DNA of 63,432 nucleotides, the filler included, from Chiloscyllium plagiosum (taxonomy: Eukaryota): the NCBI RefSeq assembly GCF_004010195.1. It is 5 parts of one record of this genome, joined end to end, with 100 filler letters (N's around TTAATTAATTAA, not from the genome) between each part and the next. Parts side by side here need not be neighbours in the genome. Positions count along the whole stretch, not along the records: positions 1 to 22,745 come from NC_057717.1; 4 more parts are not named here. The stretch is one strand, 5' to 3'. Numbering within the stretch: position 1 is the stretch's first letter; each line of letters starts with the position of its first letter. Position numbers and translations under genes: made by a program. The notes below the pieces were generated by a model. The model was given only the letters and a program-made list of their open reading frames with translations. It was not told the DNA's origin and ran no database searches. Below are positions 1 to 13,590 of this stretch, in pieces.

Positions 1-250
1 GGAACACCACCAGTTGACAATTCCACATCAAGCCACTCCCCACCCTGGCTTGGAAAAACATCTCAGTCCCACAAGTGCCATTGGTTGGAAATCCTGGAGC
101 TCCCTCCCTTACATCATTGTGGGTTTATCTGCCCCAAATAAATGGCAGCAGTTCAAGGCAATAACTCACCGTCACCTTCACCAGAGCAATTATATCTGAG
201 CAACCCGTGGTGACCCAGCGGCAATGACCCAAACACATTAATGAGTCACA
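1..250 (+). mobile_element. 3' end fragment of a CR1/L2-group LINE (same family as 19075-19930)
   Basis: ggaacaccaccag...aaatcctggagctccctccct...cagcagttcaaggca...ctcaccgtcaccttc parallels 19675-19925. Confidence 0.7.
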
Positions 251-299
251 AAATAAAGCTCAGTATTTGGGACCCGTGTGCTCCAGTGCTGAGGTTCTG

Positions 300-810
300 A
301 ATCAGTTGGGTCTATATTCTAGAAAATTGAAATGCGATTTAATTGGAATGTATCTGATTCCGAAGAGGCTTGAGAGGGTAGATACTGAGAAATTAATCCT
401 GTGGGTCTGTGAATCTGAAACACAATAACACAGTCTCAGGAGTTGCTGGAAAAGCTCAGCAGGTCAGGCAGCATCTGTACAGAGAAATCAGCGTTAATGT
501 TACAGCATTCACAGTTCATTCGGGTTTGATTGACACCCTCTCAGGGTAAGGGGCAGGTTATTTGGGACTGGGATGAGGAGACAGCGCTTCACTCTAAGGC
601 CTCTGAATCTTTAATATTCTCTCTCCCTGAGGATTGTGGATGCTCCCTCACTGAGTACATTTCAGATTGAAATAGACAGATTGCCGGTGTCTCAGGGAGT
701 CACGGGATATGGGGAGTCGACAGGAAACCAGATTTGAAATCTCAAACCAGCTCTGATTGGATTGACTGCCAGAACAGACTGAAAAGTTTAAACAGGCTGT
801 ATAGTCTCCT
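300..810 (+). mobile_element. Degenerate CR1-type LINE 3' fragment (mirror copy 15985-16490, minus strand)
   Basis: Decayed equivalents of the CR1 C-terminal GLDRVD/FFTQRVV region plus 3' UTR-like gggatatggggag; interrupted by a short repeat at ~445-500. Confidence 0.6.
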
Positions 811-894
811 CCTGCTCAAATTTCCTGAGCTCTTAGATGTTTAATGAAGCAAACCCCAATCCCATTGGATTTGGTTCAGAACTGAAGGCTTCTG

Positions 895-1222
895 ATTAGA
901 TTAGATTAGATTAGATTAGATTAGATTAGATTAGATTAGATTCCTACAGTGTGGAAGTAGACCCTTTAGCCGAACCAGTCCACACCGACCCTCTGAAGAG
1001 TAACCTCGCCAGACCCATTTCCCTCTGACTAATCGCTATGGACAATTTAGCAAGGCCAATTCACCTAACCTGCACATTTTTGGACTGTGGAAGGAAGCCG
1101 GAGCACCTGGAAGAAACTCACACAAACATGGGGAGTATGTGCAAACTCCACAGAGACAGTAGCCCGAGGCTGGAATTGGACCTGGGACAGTGGTGCTAAC
1201 CACTGAGACACCTTGTCGCCTA
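895..1222 (-). mobile_element. HE1-like V-SINE with (AATCT)n tail, present only in the left arm of P1
   Basis: Reverse complement carries the V-domain (tgtggagtttgcacat...ccaggtgctccggcttccttccacagtcc) and the (gatta)n tail at 895-942. Absent at the mirror site 14820-14835. Confidence 0.9.
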
Positions 1223-1351
1223 AATTCTGGTGCGGTCAGACCTGCTGAGCTTCCCCTGCAATTTCTTGTTTGGATTTCAGCCCCAATCCAGCTGGTGATG
1301 ATCATGGCCTTGTTAGGTTCGTCTGGGAATGGGGAGGGAGTGGCTGGCAGG

Positions 1352-1422
1352 GTGATGGTGGGATAGTGGTAAGTATAGCTGCTTTCCAAGCAGTTGACCT
1401 GCGTTTGATTCCGAGCATCGCA
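1352..1422 (+). pseudogene. tRNA-Gly(TCC) pseudogene
   Basis: GTGATGGTGGGATAGTGGTAAGTATAGCTGCTTTCCAAGCAGTTGACCTGCGTTTGATTCCGAGCATCGCA aligns to vertebrate tRNA-Gly-TCC. The anticodon arm GCTGC-TTTCCAA-GCAGT is intact; the T-arm/B-box is mutated (GTTTGATT, broken stem). Confidence 0.85.
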
Positions 1423-2469
1423 TCGTTGTGGTTTGTAAACACCCTTTTAAAGGAAGGGCACTGGGATAAAACTGGACCTGTCAGATTGCTTCTTGCTTTT
1501 CCTGGCGATGGTTCCTGGGAATTGCAGTGTGGAACCGTGCAGCATTGCTCGGCATCTCGGAAGCTTTCCCCTCTGCTGCTTCCCATTTCTTAATGAAATA
1601 TTGGTTGCAGCACAAGGATGGGTGTGTTTTATTTGCAAAGTGAGAGACTGCTCCCGTCAGGAACCTGAAATAATTACAGAAGCCGCTGGAAACACTGAAC
1701 AGTTCCAATAGCTTCTGTAGTGTTGGGGAGGGAGGATTAATGTGTCAAATCTGCACAAGGATAAAATAAACTCCAGCCTTCAAACAGTCAGAGTTCCTAA
1801 GTTTTACAAACATCTGTTTCACTCTTTTCTTAACCATTAATTCACCTTAAACCCTTCCAATGTGGAATAGCATCTTTCTGATTCTCACTTTGAGAGATGT
1901 CCCTCATGGAGCTCCTCCACCATTCTTTCCATTTCACTTGGGACCCGCGATCCGCAGTCTCCAATCAAATGACCTGAACTGAGACACACAGAGATCTTAA
2001 AGAGTGACACAATGCAGATGGGAAATTTATTTCGTTTCTGTTTCTGAGTCCAATATTCACTCAGTGAGACAGAGTCAGGTATTCAAGGCTTAAACAAGAG
2101 CTGGATTCTGCTTCTGGTGATTGTCTTCATTCAGTGAGCAGGAGGGCCGTGGGCCGGAAGGAGCTCATCATTGTGCTTCGGGTTGCCTGCTCGGTCTGCA
2201 GCATTGCAGGCCATGGGAGCAGGGGAGTGGGAAAGGTACCTTGTGTGGACTGCAATAGGACTTTCCACATATTGTTCCAGGCCAGTTACAGAGCTCCAGG
2301 AATTCTGAATGAGGATCTGAACAATGCATTGATTGAAGGAGGAGGATCAGGAAAACAATATAAAGCTGCTGAGGTCAGCAGGACTTCTCGCTCTAACTCT
2401 GTACCATACTTTATTTTCTGCTTCATAAATCTACAACCCGGAGCTCAGCCCACTCAGAGCAATATTATC

Positions 2470-3510
2470 TCAGAAACTAATCATTCAGTCCAACACATGC
2501 ATGCCAAACTGATATCCGATGTCAATGTCATCCTATTTGTCAGAATTTGGCCCATGTTTCTCTGAACCCTTTTTAATTCCTACACCCACCCAGGTATCTT
2601 TTAAATGTTGTAACGGTACCAGCCTCCACTACTTCCTCAGGCAGCTCATGCACACTGTGCCCTCTGGGTGAAATATGTTCCCCTTAGGTCCCTTTTCTGT
2701 TTCCCCTCTCAAATTTAACATATGCCATCTGCTTCTGGACTCCCCCACCACAGGGAAATAACCTTGCCTTTTTTACCTATTGAGGCCCTTCATGATTTTG
2801 TGAACCTCTATGAGGTTACCCCTCAGCCACCGACGCTCCAGGGATAATAACCTCAACCAATACAATCTTAATCTCTACCACAAACCCTCCAACCTTGGAA
2901 ACATCCTTGTAAATCTTTTTTGAATCCTCTAAAGTTTCACAACACTTTTCTTATAGGAGGGAGTCCAGAATTGCACACTGTATACCAATAGTTGCTGAAC
3001 CAATACCGCAACATGACCTCCCAACACCTTTACACAATTAACTGAGCAATATAGACAAAAATGACAAACGCCTTCTTCACTATCCTATCGAAATGTTAGT
3101 CCACCTTCAACGATCTATGAAGCAGTACTTCAGGCCTATCTGTTCAGCAACACCCCTAGTACCTTGCCATTAAGTGAATATATCCTGCTCTCTTTTGCTT
3201 TTCCAAAATGCAGCCCCTCACATTTATCTAAATTAATCTCCACCTGCCACTCCTCAGCCCATTGGCCCATCTGATCAAGATCCCGTTGTAGTCTGAGGTA
3301 ACCATCTTCACTATCCTCCACACCTCCAATTTTTCTGTCATCTGCAAACTTACAAAACATTCGTCCTATGGTCACATCCAAATCATTTATATAAATGACA
3401 AAACAACAGTGGACCTAACACCAATCCTTGTGGCACACCGCTGGTCACAGGCCTCCAGTCTGAAAAGCAACCCTCCCCCACCACCCTCTGTCTTCTACCT
3501 TCGAGTCAGT
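2470..3510 (-). mobile_element. 5'-truncated CR1-type (HER1-like) LINE, RT C-terminus and 3' end
   Basis: Minus-strand ORF KFADDRKIGGVEDSEDGYLRLQRDLDQMGQWAEEWQ is the CR1 RT FADD region; frameshifted. Confidence 0.93.
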
Positions 3511-4566
3511 ACTCACCCCAAAGGGAAATCCTACTGCCGCACCATACAAGTTTGACAATATGACACTAGTCTCAAAAGTACAACAAGAATCCATTCCTGA
3601 TGACAACAGGCGGGTCAGTTTCCCACCGGTGCTGTTTACACTTGGAATATACCTGGAGCAGAGCAACACAAACCCAACTGGAGAGGGTGGCTCTGTATAA
3701 GGAGAGTCAGTGTAGAGTTAAAATTCAACATACGTGATGGAATAAAATAAAAGATTAATGAAGGTAAGGCCCTCCAATCTGTTTCACAAATTATTACATT
3801 AGAGACTGGATAAAAACTGAAGCNNNNNNNNNNNNNNNNNNNNNNNNNNNNNNNNNNNNNNNNNNNNNNNNNNNNNNNNNNNNNNNNNNNNNNNNNNNNN
3901 NNNNNNNNNNNNNNNNNNNNNNNNNNNNNNNNNNNNNNNNNNNNNNNNNNNNNNNNNNNNNNNNNNNNNNNNNNNNNNNNNNNNNNNNNNNNNNNNNNNN
4001 NNNNNNNNNNNNNNNNNNNNNNNNNNNNNNNNNNNNNNNNNNNNNNNNNNNNNNNNNNNNNNNNNNNNNNNNNNNNNNNNNNNNNNNNNNNNNNNNNNNN
4101 NNNNNNNNNNNNNNNNNNNNNNNNNNNNNNNNNNNNNNNNNNNNNNNNNNNNNNNNNNNNNNNNNNNNNNNNNNNNNNNNNNNNNNNNNNNNNNNNNNNN
4201 NNNNNNNNNNNNNNNNNNNNNNNNNNNNNNNNNNNNNNNNNNNNNNNNNNNNNNNNNNNNNNNNNNNNNNNNNNNNNNNNNNNNNNNNNNNNNNNNNNNN
4301 NNNNNNNNNNNNNNNNNNNNNNNNNNNNNTTTTATGTTGTTCACACCTGCATGGTCAGTAAAATGGTACCCTGCCCGTCCCATTGCAAACTCAGCTTCAG
4401 CTCTGACCATATTTCCTGAAACCCAGCATGGGGAGGAAACACTGTCTCTTTGCTGTAGAAAAAGATCTCCCTGCGACAACTCCACTGCTTTTAGTTTCTC
4501 TCACTTGATTGGCTTTCTGATCCTTCTGGTTTCTTGATCAAGTCACTCTTACTAAAGCTAAGGCTC

Positions 4567-7500
4567 CTGCTAAATGGTAGAATTTGGTTCGGGCATCATT
4601 AAATAGAAGAATTAATACAGGTGTATGAGTAAATGGGAGATTTGGTGGGAATCAATAAATGAGAGATTCGGTGCACAGTGCCATTACATTAGAAAATTGG
4701 TGGGAGTGACAATATATGAGAGAATTGGATCACAGCTTGTCTAAAAGGGAATCAATAAAAAGAAGTGTTGCAAGCAACAGTTAACTGGAGATTCAGTTCA
4801 GTGCACCACTAAATGAAAAAAAAATGCAGGTCGTCAATAATTGGAGAATTCACGCAGGTGCCATTAAATTCGAAGTGGGAGGCCTGGGGAAGGATAACAG
4901 TCAATGGGAGAATTGGTGCAGTTCCAGGATTTGTGCAGAATTGGGAAATGGGAGAAATACAAATAAGTAGAGTCATACAATCAGAGAGATTTACAACACA
5001 GAAACAGATCCTTCGGTCTAACGGGTCCATGCCTCAATTTATGAATTCTGGCAGCACTCCACTAAATTGGAGAATCATTGCCTAATGGGGGAATTGGGGA
5101 AGGGCTTATCGAAATGTGATAATTGTAACAGGGCATCAGTTAATGGGAGAATTGGTGCAGTGTAATACTAAATGGGAGAATTCGGGCAGGAAAATACTTG
5201 ATGCGATATTTAGAGTAGGGCACCCCTAAATTGTTCGAGGGCCTCAGTCAATATGAGGATTCGTGTAAGGCAACACTGTGAGGAGAACTGGTTCTGGACT
5301 TCAGTAAATGGGGAAAATGGTACTTTGCAACACTGGACTGAAGAATTGGTGTGGGCCATCAGTAAATGAGAGACCTGGGTGTACACGGGCAGTGAATCAG
5401 TAAATAGGACAAATGTTGCAAAGGATTAGTGGGGGAGATTCAATACAATGCACCACAAAATGGGAGACTTTGTGCAGTTCACCACTAAAGGGAGAATATG
5501 AGTAGCACCGGAATTTGGAGATTTGACGCAGTGATACCAAGATTAATAAATGGGAGAGAAATACTGAATGGAAGACCTGGTGCACAGTGGGGCTAAATTC
5601 GCGAATGGGTGCATGGCAACAGTAAATGGGAGACTTAGAGTAGCGCACCCTTAAATGGTAGAATCGGGCTCGGGTATCAGTAAATGGAAGAATTAGTACA
5701 GGGATATGAGTAAATGGGAGATTTGGTGGAAACAATAAATGGGAGATCTGATGCACAGTGCCGTTTCATTAGAAAATTGGTGGGAGTGCCAATATATTGG
5801 AAAATTGGCAGAGCATGTCTAAATTGCTGAATAGGGGCCAGGGAAACAATAAAAAGAAGAAATGTTGCAAGCATCGGTAAATTGGAGGTTCAGGTCAGTG
5901 CATTATTAAATGCAAACAATTCAGCAGGCCACCCGTACGTGGAGGAAGTGTTTCAGGGAACAACTAAATGGAAGGAATTGATGTAGGACAACATTAATTG
6001 AAGATTTCATGCAGGTGCAATTAAATTCTAAGTGGGAGGACTGGGCAGGATAACACTCAATGGGAGAGTTGGTGAGATTCCCGACTTAGTGCAAGATTGG
6101 TAAATGGGAGAATTGGTGCAGAGGAGCAGAGCACTAATTAGAGCCTTACAGATGTACAGCACGGAAACAGACCCTTCAGTCCAACTTATCCACGCCTCAA
6201 TTTATGATTTTTGGCAGCGCTCCACTATATTGGAGAATCATTGCAAGAAACTACTAAATAGAAAAATTGGGAAAGGGCTTATCGAAATGTGAGAATTTGC
6301 AACGGTGCATCAGATAATGGGTGAATGAATGCAGTTCAGTATGAAATGGGAGAATTGCGGCAGAACAATACTGTTTCGGAGATCTAGGTTAGGGTACCCC
6401 TAAATTGGGTGAGGGCATCAATCAGTATGAGGATTGGTGTAAGGCAACACTGAGTGGAGAACCTTTTCAGGACGTCAGTAATTGGGGGAAATGGTGCGAA
6501 GCAACACTGACTTGGAGAATTGGTGTGAGGTATCAGTAAATGAAAGACCTGGTGCAGGGTGCTGATAACTTAAAGGATTGTAGAAAATGGGAGAAAACGG
6601 GCAGTGAATCACTAAATAGGAAAAATGTTGCAAAGGATTAGTGGTGAAGATTCAATACAGTGCACCACGAAATAGGGGAGTTGGTGCTGTTCACCACGAA
6701 AGGGAAGATATGTGTAGGATCGGTAAATTGGAGATATGATGCAGGGATCGCAAGATTAGAGAATTCTGGGAGCGGACTATGAAATGGGAGAATTGTTCCA
6801 GGGATATACTGAATGGAAGAACTGGTGCACAGTGGAGCTAAATTAGACAATGGGTGCATGGCAACAGGAAATGGGAGAATTAGAGTAGGGCACCCTTAAA
6901 TGGTAGAATCGGGCTCAGGCATCAGTAAATGGAAGAATTAGTACAGGGATATGAGTCAATGGGAGATTTGGTGGGAACAATAAATGGGAGATTCGGTGCA
7001 CAGTGCCATTACATTGGACAACCGGTGTGAATGTAAATATATTAGAATATTGCAGCAGAGCATGTCTCACTTGGGGAATAGGGACAGGGAATCAATAAAA
7101 ACAAATGTTGCAAGCATCGGTAAATTGGAGATTCAGTTCAGTTCACCACTAAATGAAAAGACTTCAGCAGGGCACCCGTACGTTGAAGATGTGGATCAGG
7201 GAACAATTAAATGGAAGGAATTGATGCAGGGCATCAATAATTGGAGAACTCATGCAGGGCCTTTAAATTGGGCAGGATAATACTCAATGGGAGAATTGGT
7301 GCTCTTTCAGGATTTGTGCAGGATTGGTGCAGAGCAGCGGAGACGTAAATAGAGTCATACAATCATAGAGATGTACAACATGGAAACAGACATTTCAGTC
7401 CAACTTGTGTATGATTTAATTAGAGAATTCTGGCAGCGCTCCACAAAATTGGAGAATCATTCCAAGGAACTACTAAATGGAAGAATTGGGCAAGGGCTTA

Positions 7501-10500
7501 TCGAAATAAGAGAATTTGGAACGAGGCATCCGATAATGGCAAATTGGCGCAGTTAGCATCAAATAGGACAATTTCAGTTCAGCAGTGAATGGGAGAATTG
7601 GGGCAGGACAATACTTGATGCGGGAATGGGAGTAGGGCACCCCTAAATTGGGCGAGGGCATCAGTCAAAATGAGGATTCGTGCTAAGCAACACGGAATTG
7701 GAGAATTGGTGCAGGCCATCAGTAAATGAGTGAACTGTTGCACAGTGGAGCTAAATTAGAGAACTGATGCATGCAACAGTAAATGGGAGAATTAGAGTAG
7801 CGCATCCTTAACTGGTAGAATTGGGCTCGGGCATCAGTAAATGGAAGAATTAGTACATGGATATGACTAAATGGGAGATTTGGTGGAAACAATAAATGGG
7901 AGACCTGTTGGACAGTGCCGTTACATTAGAATATTGGTGTGAGTGTCAATATATTTGAAAATTGGAGCAGAGCATGTCTAAATTGGGGAATAGGGGCCAG
8001 GGAATCAATAAAAAAATGAAATGTTGCCAAAATTGGAAAATTGGAGACTCAGTTCAGTGCATCACTAAAAGGGGAAAAAAATCAGCAAGACATCTGTACG
8101 TTGAAGATGTGTATCAGGGAACAAATAAATGTAAGGAATTGATGAGGGGCAATAATAATTGGAGAATTCATGCAGGTGCCATTAAATTCTAAGTGAGAGG
8201 ACTGGGACAGGATAACCTCAATGGGTGAGTTCGTGAATTTCCCGAATTAGTTCAGAATTGGTAAATGGGAGAATTGGTGCAGGGAAGCGGAGCATTAATT
8301 ACAGCCTTAGAGATGTACAGCACGGAAACAGACCCATCAGTCCAACTTGCCCACGCCTAAACTTAAGGATTCTGGCAGCTCTCCACTAAATTACAGAATA
8401 ATTACAAGGAGCTACCGAATGGAAAAAAATTGGGAAAGAATTTATTGAATTCTAAGGGCATCAGATAATGGGTGAATTAGTGCAGTTCAACATTAAATGT
8501 GTGAGTTATGCTAAGTCGCACTAAATGGGAGAATTGGGGCAGGACAATACGTTTTGGGAGATTTAGAGTATGGCATCCATAAATTGGGCGACGGCATCAG
8601 TCAATATGAGGATTGGTGTAAGGCAACACTGAGCGGAGAATTTGTTCAGGACATCAGTAATTGGGGGAAATGGTGCGAAGCAACACTGAATTGGAGAAAT
8701 GGTGCGGGTCATCAGTAAATGAGAGACCTGGGTGCAGGGTGCTGATAACTTAAAGAATTGGAGCAAATGGGAGAACACGGGAAGTGAATCAGTAAATAGG
8801 ACAAATGTTGCAAAGGACTGGTTGTAGAGATTCAATGCAGTGTACCACGAAAAGGGGGAGTTGGTGCAGTTCGCCACGAAAGGGAAGATATGTGTAGGAT
8901 CGGTAAATTGGAGATATGATGCAGGGGTCAGAAGATTAGAGAGTTCTGTCAGGGGACTACTAAATGGGAGAATTGTTGCAGGAAAATGCTGAATGTAAGA
9001 ACCGGTGCACAGTGGAGCCAAATTAGAGAATAGGTGCACCAATTCACACATTTCGTGGTACACTGTATTGAATCTGGACCACTAATCCTTTGCAACGTTT
9101 GTCCTATTTACTGATTCACTGCCCGTGTTCTCCCATTTGCTCCAATTCTCGAAGATATCAGCACCCTTCACCAGGTCTTTCATTTACTGATACCCCACAC
9201 CAATTCTCAAATTTAGTTTTGTGAAGCACCATTTCCTCAAATTACTGATGTCTTGAACAAGTTCTCCACGCAGTGGTGCCTTATATCAATCCCCATACTG
9301 ACTGATGTCCTCGCCCAATTTAGGGGTGCCATAATCGAAATCTCTCACAAGGTATTATCCTGCCACAATTCTCCCATTTAGTGCAACACAGCATAGCTCA
9401 CTCATTTACTGCTGAACTGCATTAATTCACCCATTATCTGATGCCCTGTTGCAAATTCTCACATTTCGATAAGCCTTTTCCGAAGTTTCCCATTTAGTTA
9501 GTTCTTGCAATGATTCTCCAATTTAGTGGAAAGCTGACAGAATTCTTAAATTTAGGCGTGGACAAGTTACACTGAAGGGTCTGTTTCCGTGCTGTACATC
9601 TCTCAGGCTGTAATTAGTGCTCCGCTTCCCTGCACCAATTCTCCCATTTACCAATCCTGCACTAATTCAGGAATTTCACCAACTTGCCCATTGAGGTTAT
9701 CCTGCCCCAGTCCTCCCACTTTGAATTTAATTGCACCTGCATGAATTCTCCAATTATTGTTGCCCTGCATCAATTCCTTCCAGTTGTTCCCTGATACACA
9801 CCTTCCACGTACGGATGCCTGCTGAATTTTTATTTTTCATTTGGTGCTGCACTGAACTGAATCTCCAATTTACCAATGCTTGCAACATTTTTTATTATTG
9901 ATTCCCTGGCCCCTATTCCCCAATGCAGACATGTTCTGCTCCAATTTTCTAATATATTAACACTCCCACCAATTTTCTAATGTAATGGCACTGTGCACCA
10001 GATTGTTTCCACCAAATCTCCCATTTACTCATACCCCTGCACGAATTCTTCCATTTACTGATGCCCGAGCCTGATTCTACCATTTAAGGGTGCGCTACTC
10101 TAATTCCTCGTGCCATGAACGCATTCTCGAATTTAGCCCCACTGTACACCAATTCTTCCATTCAGTATTTCTCTCCCATTTATTCATCTTGGCGATCACT
10201 GCATCAAATCTCCTAAATTCCCGATGCTACACATATTCTCCATTTCGTGGTGAACTGTACAGTCTCCCATTTTGTGGTGCATTGTATTGAATCTCCACCA
10301 CTAATCCTTTGCAACATTTGTCCTATTTACTGATTCACTGCTCGTGTCCTCCCATTTGCTCCAATTATCGAAGTTATCAGCACCCTGCACCAGGTGCTGA
10401 TGCCTCGCATCAATTCTTCAATTCAATGTTGCTGAGCACTACTTTCCCCCAATTACTGAAGTCCTGAACCAGGTCTTCTCATAGTGTTGCCTTACAGCAA

Positions 10501-11220
10501 GCCTCATATTGACTGATGCCCTCGCTCAATTTAGGGGTGCCCATTCTAAATCTCCCATCAAGAATTGCCGTGCCCGAATTCTCCAATTTAGTGTTACACT
10601 GTATCAAATCTCCCATAACTGATGCACTATTAAATTTCTCGCATTTTAATAAGCCCTTGCCCAATTCTCCCATTAGGTCGTTCCTTGTAATGATTCTCCA
10701 ATTTAGTGGGGCGCTGGCAGAATTCATAAATTGAGGCATGGACAAGTTAGACCGAAGGATCTGTTTCTGTGTTGTAAATCTCTATGAATGTATGACTATT
10801 TATTTGTATTTCTCCCATTTCCCAATCCTGCACAAATCCTGGAACTGCACCAATTCTTCCATTGACTGTTATCCTGCCCCAGTTCTCCCACTTCGAATTT
10901 AATGGCACCTGTGTGAATTCTCCAATTATTGACGAGCTGCATTTTTTCTTTCATTTAGTGATGCACTGCACTGAATCGCCAATTAACTGATGCTTGCAGC
11001 ACTTCGTCTTTTTATTGATTCCCTTCCCCTATGCCTGAAGTTAGACATTCTCTGCTCCAATGCTCTCATACATTGGCGCTCCCACCAATTTTCTAATGTA
11101 ATGGCACTGCGCACCGAATCTCATATTTATTGATTCCCACCAAATCTCCCATTTACTCATACCCCTGTACGAATTCTTCCATTTACTGATGACCGAACCC
11201 AATTCTACCATTTAGCAGGA
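4567..11220. repeat. Degenerate 29-bp satellite (consensus ~AAATGGGAGAATTGGTGCAGGGCATCAGT) in ~0.9-1.25-kb higher-order units; about 4 forward and 2 inverted
   Basis: AATGGGAGA-type motif recurs every ~29 nt (e.g. 5142, 5171, 5200). Longer blocks recur at ~4600, 5678, 6924 and 7835. Strand switches at ~9036. Confidence 0.92.
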
Positions 11221-12559
11221 GCCTCACCTTTGGTAAGTGTGACTTGACCACGAAACCAGAAGGAACAGAAAGCCAATTTAGTGAGAGAACCTATTCAGCA
11301 ATGGATGAATCAGAGGGAGATCACAGGAAGTGACACCTTTTCCAACAGCAAAGAACCTAAGACCAGGAGGCAGTGTTTCTTCTCCATGCTGGGTTTGAGG
11401 AAATATGGTCAGAGCTGAAGCTGGTTTTGCAATGGGACGGGCAGGATACCATTTTACTGACCATGTAGAAGGGTCTGCCTCGTCACTCTCAGGAACTCAC
11501 TGTTTAACTAAGAAGCTGACCCATTGGATTAATATCTGTGTGTAGTGTTAATTCGTACAGGGCCAATCAGATCAGGGAGATCCGTTGGTGACTTGCAGAC
11601 TGCTGTGGGAGAAATGGGTTCTGGTTCCCTTCTCACAGATGCTGCCTGACCTGCTGAGGTTAGATTTCAGATCCCCAGGAACAGCAGGGGTTTCCCTTTA
11701 TGCATTTTCTTTCTCCTTACTCAATGGGTCATTTCTGATGTTCAAGATCCCACATGTTTTCTATTTCCCCCTTCAGCAGATCTTGTCACAGTAAAAGAAC
11801 TGTGAACGTGAACACCAAGGTAACTCTATCCATGTTCACATTTCAAACTCTATAGGTCAGTCGAGTTTGTCTATCTTTAGCCTTTTATGCCAAACTCCAT
11901 CACAGCGGGCTTCAGTCTGTTCATTTCCCTCTACGACCTTCTGCTATTTCCTGGTGACATTATTATTCGCCTGTCTGTGCAAACAATCCTGTTGGCTGGT
12001 ATCCACAGTATTTTGTCTAAATCCAAGTTAGATGTCAAAGAAAATATTAATTGTCTTTTATGTCTCGATAATAAATGACCATCTGTAAGGTTTGTATATA
12101 GAGAACAACATGATTAAAATATTATTCCTTTCAGTAAATAAAGCAAATAGGATTTTAATTCTGCTGCCTCCATGTTGCAGTAATTTATGATCACTCAGCA
12201 TTTTTCCATCCTAGCACATTAATTCTCCATGGTGAGCTTGAGCCATTTATTACAATAGCTTCAGTTTGTATCCAGTCTCTTATGTAATAATTTCTGAAAC
12301 AGATTGGAGGGCCTTACCTTCATTAATCTTTTATTTTATTCCATCAGATTTGTTGAATTTTAGCTCCACACTGACTCTCCTTACACAAAGCCACTCTCTC
12401 TAGTTGGGTTTGTGTTGCTCTGCTCCAGGTATATTCCAAGTGTAAACAGCACCGGTGGGAAACTGACCCGCCTGTTGTCATCAGGAATAGATTCTTGTTG
12501 TACGTTTGAGACTTGTGTCATATTGTCAAACTTGTATGTTGGGGCAGTAGGATTACCCT

Positions 12560-13590
12560 TTGGGTAGAGAACTGGCTCGAAGGTAGAAGACAGAGGGGGG
12601 TGGGGGAGGGTTGCTTTTCAGACTGGAGGCCTGTGACCAGCAGTGTACCACAAGGATCGGTGCTGGGTCCACTGTTATTTTGTCATTTATATAAATGACT
12701 TGGATGTGACCATAGGGAGAATGGTTAGTAAGTTTGCAGATGACAGTGAAATTGGAGATGTGGAGGATAGTGAAGATGGTTACCTCAGAGGACAACGGGA
12801 TCTTGATCAGATGAGCCAATGGGCTGAGGAGTGGGGCGGACGGAGATTAATTTAGATAAATGTGAGGTGCTGCATTTTGTAAAGGCAAAAGAGCGCAGGA
12901 CTTATCCACTTAATGGTAAGGTACTAGGGATATTGCTAAACAAATAGACCTGGAGTGCAGCTTCATAGATCGTTGAAGGTGGACTAACATTTCGATAGGA
13001 TAGTGAAGAAGGCGTTTGTCATTTTTGCCTTTCTTGCTTAATTAATTGTGTAAAGGAGATGGGAGGTCATGTTGCGGTATTGATTCGGCGACTATTGGTA
13101 TATAGTGTGCAATTTAGGACTCCCTCCTATAAGAAGGGTGTTGTGACACTTCAAAGGATTCAGAAAAGATTTACAAGGATGTTGCCAAGGTTGGGGGGTT
13201 GGTGCTGGAGGGTAAGACTGTATAGGTTGATGCTATTATCCCTGGTGCGTCAGTGGCTGAGGGGTAACCTTATAGAGGTTCACAAAACCATGAAGGGCCT
13301 CAATAGGGTAAAAAAGCAAGGTTATTTCCCTGTGGTGGGGGAGTCCAGAAGCAGATGGCATATGTTAAATTTGAGAGGGGAAACACATAAGGGACATTTT
13401 TCATGCAGAAGGCACTGTGTGCATGAGCTGCCAGAGGATGTAGTGGAGGCTGGTACAATTACAACATTTAAAAGGTATCTGGGTGGGTGTAAGGAATTAA
13501 AGGGGTTCAGAGGAACATGGGCCACATTCTGACAAATAGGATGAGATTTACATCGGATATCAGTTCGGCATGGATGTGTTGGACTGAATG
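12560..13590 (+). mobile_element. 5'-truncated CR1-type LINE (mirror of 2470-3510)
   Basis: [26 protein letters not shown] and LQRIQKRFTRMLP motifs across frames. Confidence 0.93.

Noticed and set aside
2134..2565. ORF conserved with 13600-13938 (and other mirrored ORF pairs)
   Set aside because: Conservation is explained by the inverted duplication. No ATG at the listed start, no recognisable domain, and the ORF runs into a LINE tail.
3799..4485. Long ORFs spanning N runs (also 40882-41907, 41156-41749, 45550-46242)
   Set aside because: Their length is an artefact of the gaps; the real parts are LINE or non-coding sequence.
4567..11220. CRISPR-like array suggested by regularly spaced ~29-bp motifs
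   Set aside because: Vertebrate context, no unique spacers, degenerate monomers in higher-order units and no cas genes; this is a satellite.
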